A stretch of 64,000 bases of DNA. Origin: Eledone cirrhosa (lineage: Eukaryota). A model generated the notes under the pieces. That model was given only the letters and a program-made list of their open reading frames with translations. It searched no databases and was not told the origin of the DNA. The translations under genes were made by a program, and so were the position numbers. Every line of letters starts with the position of its first letter. The stretch's first letter is position 1. The stretch spans positions 149,172,001-149,236,000 of the forward strand of contig OZ024743.1 of NCBI GenBank assembly GCA_964016885.1, given 5' to 3'. Positions 35,392-49,559 of the stretch are shown here, piece by piece.

Positions 35392-38300
35392 TTTCTTCTC
35401 TTATTACAGTTATATGCTCGTTCGATTATGGCCAAAATTCGTGGATTTTATATCATAACCTTCTCGCTAACTACCCCAGATCCCTCACTCCCGCCCCCAC
35501 TCGCCACCATTATTGTTTGGACCAATCATAATCTATCGGCCTATGTTATCACTTCTTAAGTTTAGACCTGGTTGCCTTTCGATATGAGCGATGGACTACG
35601 GAATTCTGGAGAGTCTGAAAAAATCTTTACACTCAGTGACAATGCCAAAGATAAAGACAAATTCACCTCATGCTGCCGGACGAGAATGCAAGGACTCCTC
35701 CTCTTTATTTCGGCCGCGGATGGCTAACATAGCTCCATCCCCCTCACCCCGCCTTGCGCCCCATCCTTCCCACCCACCAAACGCAATCCAAAACTTCAGA
35801 GTTGGTACCATGAATGTAGGCACCTTAAAAGGTCGCTCTTGTAGAGATGCTTGAACGTAAGGATGTTGATGTTTGATGTATTCAAGAGACCAGGTGGAGG
35901 GGTGGGTCTGCTAGATTCATTGTGGGTAAAAAACGATGCTATAAGCTTTTCTCGGTGAGAAATGACAATGGGCTGGGTGGGGTAGGAATCATGCTAGCAG
36001 ATAAATGGGTAGATAAGATAATAGACGTAAATAGAGTGAACGACAGAATAATTAAAATAAGGCTTGTCCTCAATAGAACTACTGTGACAATATCTGCGTA
36101 CGCACCCCAGTCCGGACTGCCTGGCATTATAAATGACAGATTCTATGAGTCGTTAATGCTCACTACCTCCCAAATAACCGACAGTGACTACATAATTATT
36201 GCTGGCGACCTAAATGGTCACGTTGGACAACACTGTGACGGCTATGACGGAATCCATGGAGGCTATGGGTTTGGTACTAGAAATGAGGAAAGCTCCAGAA
36301 TCCTGGAATTCTGTGACGCAAATAACCTAACTATCTGTAACACAAACTTCAAAAAATGAGACAATCACTTGATCACCTATAGATCAGGGGAACATACCAG
36401 TCAGATAGATTATATCCTTACCAGAAGACGTGACAGAGTGTCTGTCGAAAACACTAAATCCCTCCCCCATGAAGAATGCACCTCCCAACATAGCTTCATA
36501 GTTAGCGACCTCATAGTCAGGACAAGACGTACTCGACAACAGAGGAGGACTATCCTCAGGAGAAAAATATGGAAGCTAAAGGACCCCACAGCCAGTAATA
36601 AATTTAAAAGCATATTACTTGATGCTTTTGACAGTAAGGAAGAGCAATTAGAGTCGTACAATATAGAGGAACAGTGAGAATTCCTGAAAGCCAACCTGCT
36701 GAAGGCGACAGATGAAATCTGTGACTGGAGCAGACCTATAGGCAGGAGGAGAGTAACGTGGTGGTGGAACAGTAAGGTGGAGGAGTCAATTAAGGCCAAA
36801 AAGCAGGCTTGGAAAGTATGGCGGGATGGGGGAAGTAGAGAACACTATCAAGTAGCCAGGAGGGAAGCTAGGAGACAAGTGGACTTCGCAAGAAGGGAAG
36901 CAGAGGAAAGAAAGTTCAAGCATGTTCTACAACGCGAGGACCAAAAACCTGAGGTATTCAGGATTGCTGGGCAATGTGTCAAGGAAAACCGTGATATTGT
37001 CGGGGAGAAGTGTGTCCGTAATGATGATGGTGTACTTGCCATCACTGACGCTGATAAGAAGGTAGCTTGGAAGTGTCACTACGAAAGGCTACTAAATGAG
37101 GAGAATAAATGGGAAAAAGACAGTCTCCCCCACATCGATCCAATAGAGGGACCAGAAGTGCAAGTTGAAGGTAGTATAATAAGTAAGGCAATCAAAGATA
37201 TGAAGACGAACAAGGCGGCTAGGCCTTCGGAAATAGTTGCTGAAATGCTGAAAGCATCTGGAACGGTGGGACACACTATGGTCACCCGGATAGTAAACCA
37301 AGTCATACAGAATGGGGTCGAACCAAAGGACTGGCGTAGCAGCATCATCATTAACTGCTACAAGGGTAAAGGAGATGCCCTAAATAGGGGAAACTATAGA
37401 GGCATTAAATTAATTGACCAGGTCATGAAGGTCACAGAAAAAGTAATAGCGCAACTAATCAGAGAGCGAATTGATCTAGATGAAATGCAGTTCGGGCTTG
37501 TGTCAGGTAAAAGTACCACAGACGCTCTTTTCATTGTACGACAACTACCGGAGAAGTACCTAGCTAAAAGTAAACCCCTATACTTAGCTTTCGTTGACTT
37601 GGAGAAAGCCTTTGACAGAGTCCCACGCCCCATTATCTGGTGGGCTCTCAGAAAACTAGATGTTGATGAATGGCTTGTGAGAGCTATACAAGCCATGTAT
37701 AAAGAAACACTTAGCAAGGTTAGAATTAACAACGAATATAGCGTAAAAGTTGGGGTTCATCAGGGCTCCGTCCTTAGCCCCTTCCTATTTATTATCGCCA
37801 TCCAAGTTATAACAGAGGAATTCAAGACCGGCTGCCCATGGGAACTTCTATACGGAGATCATCTAACGCTCATAGCCGAATGAATGGCTGAACTAGAGAA
37901 GAAATTCCAAACATGGAAGCATGGCCTAGAATCAAAAGGCCTTAAAATTAACTTGTCTAAAACTAAAGTTCTAATATGTAGGAAGGAGAATAGGGCACTG
38001 GTCCCATCTGGGAAATGGCCATGCTCAGTGTGTAGGAAAGGAGTAGGCAGAAACTCCATTTTATGTCCCAAAAGCAAAGTATGGGTGCATAAAAGATGTA
38101 GTGGGATCACAGGTAAGCTAACTAAGAATATAGATTTTATATGTGGCCGGGGCTCTGGTGCAATAAGTAGCACCAAATGCCTACAGAATACTAGCTCATT
38201 CCATTGCCCAGATGGTTCTATAGAAATAGTTGACACCTTCCGTTACCTGGGTGACAAAATCAGCAGTGGTGGAGGGTGCTCCGAAAGTACTGTAGCTAGA

Positions 38301-39179
38301 GTCAGAACGGGATGGAAAAAGTTCAGAGCTTATACCACTATTGACCGCTAAGGGCTTCTCTCTAAAAATGAAAAGCAGGCTGGATGATGCCTGCATACGA
38401 ACAGCGATGTTACAAGGCAGTGAGGCAAGGGCCTTGTGTGCAGAGGATATATGCAGACTGGAGAGGAAGGAAGCTAGCATGCTCCGTTGCATGCGTAATA
38501 GTAATATACGCGAACGGCAAAGCATAAATGAACTAAGTGAGAAATTAGGAATAAGAGGGATCAGATGCTGTTTATTCGAGAGAAGACTACGTTGTTATGG
38601 TCACGTGATGCGCATGAAAGACGACATCTATATAAAAAAGTGCTGAGTGATCAAATTAGACGGTAGCTATGGAGTAGGCAGACCCAGAAAAATCTGGGAT
38701 GACTTGATAAATTCCGACCTCACAGACTTACACCTCTCCAAGACAACGTCACTAGACCGAGATATTTGGCGCTACGCAGTAATACAGAAGACCCGCCTTG
38801 CCTAAGTACAAAGTGAAACCTACAGTCAGTAGGCATCTCTTAACCAAAATACGCCCCTGTCCCACTACCCCTACCCCCACTGCCATCTACACCACCCCTT
38901 TCGAAGTAAAGCTATGTTGGTACCACAACAACTAGTCCTAAATAAATGAGGTCGTATAGGTGTCACGACAAAAAAAAACACACAGTCCACACTGTAATGT
39001 GGCCGTGTAGGTAACACGGTAAAAACCTCCCAGTTTCACACTGTAAACGTGGTTGGTGTTAGGAAGGGCATCCAACCGTAGAAAACCCGCCAGACAGTCC
39101 CGAGCAAGACAACCAAGTGGGACAATTCCCGTCCAGACCCATATTAGCGTGGAAGATGGACGTTAAACGATGATGATGA

Positions 39180-39183
<4 letters not shown>
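35392..39183 (+). mobile_element. Near-full-length RTE LINE (~3.8 kb) with disrupted single APE-RT ORF
   Basis: APE motifs (FRVGTMNVGTL, ISAYAPQ, AGDLNGHVG, SQIDYIL), RT (NYRGIKL, QFG, DLEKAFDRV), zinc finger, 3' UTR and (GAT)n tail. (TA)n lies on both sides. Confidence 0.95.
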
Positions 39184-39247
<64 letters not shown>

Positions 39248-39296
39248 TAATAAAATAATGAATAAACAAAGAAACAGTTCCTTATATTAAAAAAAT

Positions 39297-39438
39297 TCAT
39301 CATTTTACGATCGTTTCTAGGATATATATGTGTTAGTGTTGGTATGCATATTCTATAGATCTATGTAAAATATTTATACAAACTATCAGAGGGAATATAC
39401 ATACCTACACATATATATGCTTTCTTCAGAAATAATGA
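39297..39438 (-). ncRNA. Type I hammerhead motif with large structured helix II (divergent relative of 4837-4973)
   Basis: tcattattt-CTGAAGA-aagcatatatatgtgt...acacatatatatccta-GAAAC-GATC-GTA-aaatgatga. Confidence 0.8.
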
Positions 39439-39505
39439 TATTTGTTTATTGAAAAAAACAAAGATTCAATACAATAAGTCTGTTTGGGAACAGGTTTTGA
39501 ATTGA

Positions 39506-39560
<55 letters not shown>

Positions 39561-39564
<4 letters not shown>

Positions 39565-39763
39565 CGAAGGAAATGTGGTAAGGAACCAGGTGGACCATAA
39601 CGCACCAAAGTACTCAATACTTGAGGTAGTAGAGTGGGTAATAGGAACCAGTAAGACCCCGACAGCTGAGCTCAAGCCGTTTCGACGGCTAATTCTGAGA
39701 ATTAGCCGTCGAAACGGCTTGAGCTCAGCTGTCGGGGTCTTACTGGTTACTATTACCCACCCT
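39561..39763 (-). mobile_element. Fold-back repeat family copy with 63-bp-arm palindrome
   Basis: 39634-39760 is symmetric about 39697 and embedded in (TA)n. Confidence 0.85.
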
Positions 39764-39786
39764 ATATATATATATATATATATATA

Positions 39787-40741
39787 TTAGCCGAATTACC
39801 TGCGCCTTGCTGCGTTTCACACATTCTTTTTGCAAGAAAAATGTTGATGATTGATTTTTAATGATTGATTTTAAATCAGTGATATAATTTATGGAGGAAA
39901 ACTCTGCATTTCAATATTACCCAATGTAAAATATAATGCATGAAAAATTGGAAAATATTATTTTTTGTAATATATCAAATCAAAATTACATTATTAAATC
40001 TTATTCTTATTTTGTTTCTTGTAAATATTTTTTTTCAAAATATCAATTCAAAATATCAATTCTTGTCATTTACCTATGGTTTAAATTTTATATAAATCGA
40101 AGGGAAACAAATTTCAGCAGGGGTTTTGTGCACCCGTGGAACCCTTTGATTAAAATGAAATATACTTATCCAAGTACCCTGGGCAATGTAGTTTCAGAAT
40201 ATATATGGTTATGGGGGTCTATCTTCGAAACCATAAGAGGAGTTTGTGAAATCTTGTTCCATTTATTGGCCAAAATTTTCACTATAGGGGTTTAACCTCC
40301 ATTATGGTGTCTTATTATTATTGAAATTTGCTGAAATTTTGTGAATAGGCATCATATTTTGTTATTTACATATGGTTTAAATTTCAAATAAATTGAAGGG
40401 AAAATCTTTCAGCGGGGTTTGTGCCTCCGGGGAACCCTAATATGGGCTTTAACCCTCATTAGCGTCTCTCAGTATTATTGAAATTTGCTGAAATTTTGTG
40501 AATAGGAATCATATCTTGTCATTTACCTATGGTTTAAATTTCATATAAATCAAAGGGAAAACATTTTCAGCGGGGCTTTTGTGCCCCCGGGGAGCCCTTT
40601 GATTAAAATGAAATATACTTATCCAAGTACCCTGGGCAATATAGTTTCAGAATAATATATGGTTATGGGGTCTATCTCCAAAACCAGAGGAGTAGTTCGT
40701 GAACAAACAGACAGGAATACAACTTTATATATATATATAGA
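39787..40741 (-). mobile_element. Non-autonomous Helitron with internal duplications
   Basis: Minus strand starts A|TC and ends with a GC-rich subterminal segment then CTAA|T (CTRR), with no target-site duplication. Internal repeats 40062-40230 and 40515-40690. Confidence 0.7.
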
Positions 40742-40795
40742 TATATATAGGAAAGTATATACTTTCAAACGTTCAATCTACTGACAGGAAGGTAT

Positions 40796-40838
40796 ACGGT
40801 GCTGATGACAGCTAATAAGCTAGAAACTAGTTCATCGT
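40796..40838 (+). ncRNA. Minimal type I hammerhead ribozyme motif
   Basis: acggtg-CTGATGA-c agct aata agct a-GAAAC-TA-GTT-catcgt. Confidence 0.72.
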
Positions 40839-41102
40839 TCCTTGGTCAGTGTTGAACAAAAGGGCAATGATGGTTGCCGAACACTGTACGGCTACTAATT
40901 CGGGCTGTTTGTTTACAAACAAACCGAGCATTATAATAATTGTTCGGTAAACCCATACGCACATATATATATATATATGTGTGCATGTATGTATGTATAT
41001 ACATACTAGTGTACGTCTGTATACATATATGTATGTATGTATACATACTTATATTTAAGTATCAGCCGTATTAAGAGTGAGAAATGAAATTTAATTTTTT
41101 CC

Positions 41103-41214
<112 letters not shown>

Positions 41215-41266
41215 TATACACACACACACACATATATATATAAATATATAAAATTCCAAGATTGAA

Positions 41267-41513
41267 GAACTCTTAGATAAAATATACCAAATCTTTCTTC
41301 ACCCTAGTCCGTAGAAAACAACTAGATAAATAATCATTTAAACAGAACTAAGTTTAAAATGTAACTTCGAAGAACTGATAGATAAATGATACAGACTATT
41401 CCCTGCGAGGAACAGTCAGATAAAATTTACCCAGTCTTTCTTCTTAGCCCGTAGAAATTAACTAGACAAATAATCAATTAAACGGAGCTAAGTCTAAAAC
41501 GTAAGTTTGAAGA
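41267..41513. repeat. Diverged tandem duplication, ~143-bp unit
   Basis: agataaaat...ccgtagaaa...aactaga.aaataatca.ttaaac.ga.ctaagt occurs twice. Confidence 0.75.
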
Positions 41514-41910
41514 AAAAATGCATATAAACTCTACCAAAATTCCTCTAGACCCGACTATCGATAGTTTCGCTCGTACTTTGTGGATATGTCGAATCCTGGT
41601 ATTATCCATGAGGTTGAGAGCTTATCAAGAGACTCCTTCAAGTTTGGACTAAAATTTCTACAGTGATCGCTGCCAGAAATGAATTCAAAATGGGTAAGAA
41701 TCATCACATGGCCAGTGGTCAAAGTAGGTTTTAAAATCGATAGCAAATGGTCTTCTACACGTGTTTAATTAAACATACGATATATTGCCAAATATACTAT
41801 ACATACATTCATATATATATATAAAGATATATATATATAAATATATATATATCTAAATATATATATATCTAAATATATATCTAAATATATATATATGTAT
41901 ATATATATGA

Positions 41911-41998
<88 letters not shown>

Positions 41999-42396
41999 GG
42001 TGCTAACTATATATATTTTGTGGAAAGCCAGTTGTATTATTTTATATGAGATATAATTAAAGTTAAAATATATCTCTCTTTCCAAACAATTGTTTCATTA
42101 TAAGTTTTCTACAAGTTGGGAGAATGTTTCCAGTTTATGTAGAAGCCTAACATATTTTCCTGTAAGAGTATATGTAGGTGGGCACTTATAAATCGTCAGT
42201 GGATGCCCATTAAACTTTGATATAAGAAAAAAAAATTCCTTACCGCAGTTATTTTTCGTGTCCGCTAAGTTGTCCCTTCACGCATCAAATGACCGCCAAA
42301 TTTGAAATTCCAGCAATCTTTAGACTGAGGAAGTATCATAGCATCACGAAGCGGAAAAGGGAGACAATCACGAGTCACGAGAAAAGTAAAATAATT

Positions 42397-42900
42397 TACA
42401 CGTGGGTTAATTAGTTTTTTCAAAAACATTATCAATCCTGCGTGTTAAGAACTCAATTAATTTTTAAAAAATAAATTTATGCGTGTATTAATTACACATG
42501 CATATAGATATTTTCTTAGGCTAAAAACAGAGAAGTGATACCTAAATAACAAACAATATCTCATAACTGTAATAAATACGGAAAGTTACGTTTAAAAGGC
42601 ATCTGGGACCATAAATCTCTGGCCAAATTAAGAGTCAAATATTTAATACACGCGGGTTAATTAGTTATTTCAAAACCATTATCAATTCCACATGTTAAGA
42701 ACTCAATTAATTTAAAAAAATAAATGTATGCATGTAATTATTTACACACGCATATAGATATTTTCTTAGGCTAAAAACAGAGAAGTGATACCTAAAAAAC
42801 AAACAATATCTCATAACAGTAATAAATACGGAAAGTTACGTTTATAAGGCACCTGGAAATATAAATCTCTGGCCAAATCAAGAGTAAAATATTTAATACA
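42397..42900. repeat. Tandem duplication, two ~250-bp units
   Basis: gggttaattagtt...aaatatttaataca is repeated. Confidence 0.9.
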
Positions 42901-42954
42901 ATAACAGAGAAAGCTTTAAGCTAAACTCCGACTGATTGTACGTACTGCAATATA

Positions 42955-43105
<151 letters not shown>

Positions 43106-43409
43106 CAGTACGTACAATCTGGACACTCACACACACCTTGGTGTTATGACAATACTATACATCATTTCACCTCTTTTATTATTAATGTTTTTGATGTTCT
43201 TTTGAGAGAATCGTTTTTGCAAATTACTGAAAATATCGAATAATGTACACCATTTTTACCAGTATCACAAAAATACTGGTCCATCAAACACATATACACA
43301 CACACACATACACACGTGTACACTAACATACAAACAGACATATACACACACTTCTCCGTATAAGACAAGAGCTGAAAAATATCTTTCAACATGTTAAAAT
43401 ATCCTCCAC

Positions 43410-43620
43410 ACGTACAGACACATTCCTACTGACCGAACCCCTCTACCACGAACCACTCTGCTACACACACACACACACATATATTTGTCTTAATAGACAC
43501 CTGAACTGTTGACCTTTCAACATGACTGCAATTCACACACACATCCCTACTGACCATTATCACAACAATGAACCTCTTTACTACACACACACACACACAC
43601 ATATTTGTCTTAAAAGACTT
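43410..43620. repeat. Tandem duplication, ~120-bp unit
   Basis: cctactgacc...ctacacacac...atatttgtcttaa.agac occurs twice. Confidence 0.75.
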
Positions 43621-43675
43621 ATTTTTCAGTGACTTCTCAATCGGGCGAAAAAGGACACTGTTCCACAAACCTACT

Positions 43676-43815
43676 TTGGCGCAAAATCAATTTTTAACAT
43701 TCACGTGACCTATACCAACCAATCAAAATTGTTTTGACTACAAGAATTTTTGCAACACGAATTGGCGCGAAATTTATAGTTCTCATTCACGTGACATTCA
43801 ACAACCAACCAAATC
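43676..43815. promoter_or_regulatory. Duplicated motif module: E2F-like, E-box and CCAAT
   Basis: ttggcgcaaaa and ttggcgcgaaa, TCACGTGAC twice and ccaatca, at an 86-bp period. Confidence 0.4.
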
Positions 43816-44132
43816 TTAATACCTCTGGAGCCACTTTTTTCACATAAAACAGGTAGAATTTCCAAAACTGATCAGATTAGAGGAAATATCATGGGTGGTC
43901 TATCTCAACATAACTTTTGAAAAGCATTAGAAATACGCAAACGGTAAAAACTTAAAACTAAAACTGAATACTAACCAATACTTCTTACTAATTTATACTT
44001 ATTCCTAATTAAACTATTTTTCACTGGGAAAAATTTGTCAGCATTTTCTTTTCCTTTTACTAATATATATATATATATAAATATATATAATATTAATATA
44101 TATCAATAGGTAAGTAGATAGACATACCATAT

Positions 44133-44183
<51 letters not shown>

Positions 44184-44440
44184 ACTTTATTTCCATAAAA
44201 AGTCATCCATCCAACCATTTATCCTTCTATCTATATTTATTTGTCTACCTATCTATCTACATATATGTGTGTATATGGGATTTGTTTCTACCTATTTATG
44301 TCTCTCTCACTCTTTAATTATATATATACTTACATACACACACACACATATATATATATATTAAGAGAGAGAGAGAGAGAGAGAGAGATGAGAGAGAGGG
44401 AGGGGATGATAGGCAGATATGTAGATAAATAGATAAAGAG

Positions 44441-44498
<58 letters not shown>

Positions 44499-44916
44499 TA
44501 ATAGGAAAACCCTAAATAAATACATTTAATTATACATATAAAGCTATGTGTGTAGATATATATTTCAGCACATGCACAATCATACATGCACATATGCATG
44601 TGCATGTACACACTTATATCTATTGAGATAGATTGATAGAATTATTGACATATAAATTAAGACATACATATTTAAAGCACTGAATGACTGAATACACACA
44701 CATACACACACACATATATATATATATATATGTATACATATATGTATAAATGTATATATATATATATATATACATACGCTATGAGAGACAGAGATGGATG
44801 GAGGAAGCGTGTCGTAGAAAGCCGAGCAAGCTCGACCTGACGATGATGATATATATATGTATATATATAAATATATATATATATATATTGCATGTATTCA
44901 TGTATGTATATATGCT

Positions 44917-45046
<130 letters not shown>

Positions 45047-45058
45047 CACACACATATG

Positions 45059-45123
<65 letters not shown>

Positions 45124-46241
45124 AATGGAGATAGGTAGAATATACATATATAGTTCGATAGATAGATATTTAGATAGATGATGAATGAATGTTTGGATGA
45201 TATAAAGATATAAAGAAATGAGCCTACATTATTATATTATTCAGTGATGTTATGCCAGCGGCTCTATTAGATTAGAGAACAGCAGGATCATTGCATTTAA
45301 ATTTGATATGTGATATGGAAGATGGTTGAATAAAAGGTTAAGAAGAGCTTGTATTGTTTGCTTAGATATTTTTGACTTGTCTTTATTTTTGTTCCAATTT
45401 TATTTTATTTTATTTTATTTTATTTTTATTGTTGTTGTTGTATTATTATCATTATTGTTATTATTATTATTATTGTTATTATTATTATTATTAGTAGTAG
45501 TAGTATTCTAATCTTCATTTGAAATATCAAACAATCTAAAGAAGATATGTGAGTATATCATATTGAAAACAGAAAAATAATAAATAAATAAATAAAATTA
45601 AAATATTTAAAAAGTAATAAATATATAAATAGATGAATAACAAAATAAAATGAAAGAAAAACAACCTTTGGATAATTTTCGGTTTCGAATGTTTGATCTG
45701 GATTTAAAATTCATTTGAAATATTCATCTCAAGAATGCTAAATCCATCCGTCATAAGTAAATATTTCTTCCTTTTAAATATATGTCTGAATATTTATTTA
45801 CTTCTCATAGACTTTAGGCATCAACAAATATTACTTGCATTTATCTGTTGTGTTAATTTTGTTTTGCTTATAAATATCGATAGAAGGTACAATTTCATTG
45901 TCGTTATTGATGTGATTATTATTGTTTTTGTTGCTGTTTGTTGAATTTTTGCATATAATTATTAGTTTTTAATGTTGTTTTCCTTGAATTTCTTGCTTTG
46001 TTATTAATTTATTTTTTCTCCTCTTTTTCCCTTGTTTCTTTCTCTCTCTGTCTTTGCTCCCCTCTTAATATGTGTGCATTTTACTGCAAAATACAGAAAC
46101 ATTTAGCACTGCAACTAATGCACACATCTGGCAAAGTAGGTTTACAATTTGTGAACCTGCAATGAGAAGAAAAGAAATTCTGTCTGCGACAGAAAAGCAG
46201 GAAGTAACAAGAGAAAAATACATAAGTTAATTTAATAGCCA

Positions 46242-46316
<75 letters not shown>

Positions 46317-47019
46317 GTATATTATATATATATATATATTATATATATATATATAAATATATATATATACATACATATATATATATATATGTGTGTGCAT
46401 GTCTGTGTGTGTGTGTGCATGAATGTATGTGTGTATGTGTGTTTGTGTACATATTTTGCTCTTAAAATACTGTATATTTTTAAATTAATATTTGAATGTT
46501 ATATAATAACATTTTGATATCCACATCATTATTCAAGTTTATTATTTAAAATAGGCTATTTTATTATATCATGTTTTGTTATAAAAAAAAAACAACCAAC
46601 AATAATACACAAACACACATGTATAGTCATATACATATATAAAATGCAAGCATACACACACGTGTGTGTGCACAAAGTTTTTTAACAAAACAGATGTAAA
46701 ATTTAGGTAATTTATTTATCCACACTTCTTATTTCATGAAACTTGTGATTTCCTCATTAGATATTAAATTATTTTGGAAGAATTTTCTAACCATTGGCAA
46801 ATTGGAGATGGTTGAGATAAAAGTGCTTAGGATTAATACTTTATATTTTTCATCTTGTGTTCAAATCCTGACCAATTGAAATTTTTCTTTCCTTCTTCCT
46901 CCTCTTGCTATTGTTTTCATAATTCACACCTGCATATTTCTAGCTGGCCTTCTATGAGATTGCATCACTTTATTTTGTTCTAAGGAAATTTTGATATGTA
47001 TGTTTCCATGATTGGCATG

Positions 47020-47860
47020 CACAGCTGGGTTGTAAATGGTATCAAAATTGGTTGATGTACGATCAGTCAACTGGAATTTAAAGACAACATGGTATTAGTT
47101 GACTCATCGGAAGGTGATCTCCGACATGTTCTGGATAGGTTTGATGTCATGCAGTACAACAGTAATGAAAATCAGTGCTGCAAAACTGAGACACCTATCC
47201 TCCCAACAAAGCATGTGCAATGCATTCTCCATATGAGTGGAGTCACACTGAAGCAGGTGGAGAAATTCAAGTACCTCAGGGATGTTTTCATCAGTGATGG
47301 AAAGCAGAAGGCTGAATTAACTGCAAACATTGTTGGAGTTGTGGTAATATACCAGTTTCAGCATTAATTCATCAGAAGGGAGGTCGGTGTAAAAACCAAA
47401 CTCTCTATTTTCAATTAGGTGTTTGTGCCTACCCTTACATATTATTATGAATCTTGGGTAATGACCAAAAGAATATGAGTTTGAATACTAGCAGCCAAAA
47501 TGGGGTTCCTCCAAAGAGTCTTTGGAATTATTCAATGGGGTGCAAAGCTGAGAGATCAGGACATTTCTCCAGGTAGAACTGCTACTTCTCCAAATTGAGA
47601 GATCACAGCTCTGATACTAAGGGCATGTTATCCAAATGTCTAAGGAAAGAATTGTTGGATAGATTTTACAGGCAAAGTACACCAGTAGGAGACCCAGAGG
47701 CAGACCAGAAACAAGATTGTTGGATCAGATCTGTGAAATCAAATGGTCTTGCTTGGGGATTCATTTGGATCATCTGGAGATGTTTTCTTCTGATAAGGCT
47801 CTTTGGAAGGTATGTCTGAAGACTCTGGCCCCACAAACATCCCAGGAATATGTAGGCAAA
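47020..47860 (+). mobile_element. Old RTE (Rex3/Expander-like) 3' fragment lacking the zinc-finger insertion
   Basis: MVLVDSSEGDLRHVLDRF...VTLKQVEKFKYL. Confidence 0.8.
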
Positions 47861-48354
47861 GAAAAAGGATAAGTTTTTACACTACACATCATTGTTATTT
47901 TTCATCTGGTAAATGTCTGAGTAAACAGATATGGTATCTTACCTTGAAATATGCCTAATTAAAAGCCACAATAAAGCCAGTTGTTAGAGCACCAGTCTTG
48001 TAAACCAGGATTCAGGAGTTTTAACCCAACTACTCAGTGCCAAGGGATGATTTTCTCAAACATTGGAGTGCATTTCTTTACATTTCTGAGTTCAAATACA
48101 GCTGAAATTGGATTTGCCTGCAATCATTTTTTGAGGAGAATCAAATAAGTACAATTCAATAAAATATATGTACTGATATTAATGTAATTAACTATATCCT
48201 CTAATGATGTGCACCAGCATGAGTACAGTTCAAAACCAATGAAAGAGTTGCTAGGTTTTTTTATTTATTATATGTGATTAAAATTGTATCTTAGAAAAGT
48301 ACTTTATTCCCAGTAGTATTCTTTTAATTGAATTGATGGACTAAATTTGTGAGA

Positions 48355-48578
48355 TCATTAGATGAAGAAGTGCCAAAAAATCCCAGTAACAGGATACCAC
48401 AGTAAAAGAAGACCAATGAACACTTGGGTGGATGTGGTCAGAGCTGATCTCAGATTGTTAAAACTCACAGATGAGATGACGAAGGAACATGGCAAGTGGA
48501 GAAATGTTGTGCTGAAAAAGACCTGTCCCACCCATGCAAGCATGGGAAAGCAGACAAGAAATGATGATGATGGTGATG
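48355..48578 (+). mobile_element. RTE 3' end fragment
   Basis: KKCQKIPV...RRPMNTWVDVVRADL, ending in (GAT)n. Confidence 0.8.
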
Positions 48579-49361
48579 TCTTTAATCTTCTCAATGAAGT
48601 CAATATAATAGAATGTTCACATATTCATAATTTTAATGTGGCACCAGCACTGAGGAGGTTGCCATGTCTTTGTCTTGACTGAAGTGCTCTCTCTACAGTG
48701 TCTACAACTGGATGCTTTTCCAAACAACAACCAATTTACAGAGTATAGTGGGTGCCTTTTATTGTGACACTAGCACTAGAGGAGTTATCATGACCTTGAC
48801 ATGATTAAAGTTCCCTCTCTATTCTTTTTAACTTGGTTTCAGCTGTATTAGGTGCATTTTATCTTGGCACATGATATTCCAAAACAGGAAACATGAAAAA
48901 CACATTCAATTTTTAAAAAATATTCAAAATCCTTAAAATAGATTATGATGTTATGAATTACTAGAATAATCTTCACAGTAATATGATAATGATGATGACT
49001 ATTAATATTAGAAGAAATCAAAGATATTTGAGAAATGATATAGTTGATTCAGTTAACTTAGTATTTTTAATGGAATATTTTTTTTGACTCTGGAGGCATG
49101 AAAAAGGAAATCAACTCAGAATATAGAGTGACATAACTATATATATAAATATATTTAGTCTGGCATGCTACCACTTCTTAATAGTTATGATAATAATAAT
49201 TGTTTCTACTTTAGGCACAAGGCCAGCAATTACCCAGTGCATTACTGGTACTTTATTTTATCGACCCCGTAAGGATGAAAGGCAAAGTTAAATGATAATA
49301 ATAATTGTTTCTACTTTAGGCACAAGGCCAGCAATTACCCAGTTCATTACTGGTGTTTATA

Positions 49362-49559
49362 TGAGGGTCACCTGAAAAGTTCATAGGCTGACTATGAAGG
49401 ATTGATGCTTGGGCTGTAAAATCTTGCATGCATTAATTTCAACTCTTCTTATCAATAACTGCATTGTTTCTTTCCAGGGACTATGTTGAAAAATAAACCT
49501 CATATGGTCATTCCATGAGAGTATCTTGGTCCCCCCATGAACCTTTCAGCTGACCCTCA
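49362..49559. mobile_element. Mariner-type MITE
   Basis: TIRs tgagggtcacctgaaaagttcat and atgaacctttcagctgaccctca, with TA on the left. Confidence 0.8.

Noticed and set aside
35392-35600. HDV-like ribozyme expected at the RTE 5' end
   Set aside because: I could not build the nested double pseudoknot by eye. An RNArobo or Infernal search would be needed.
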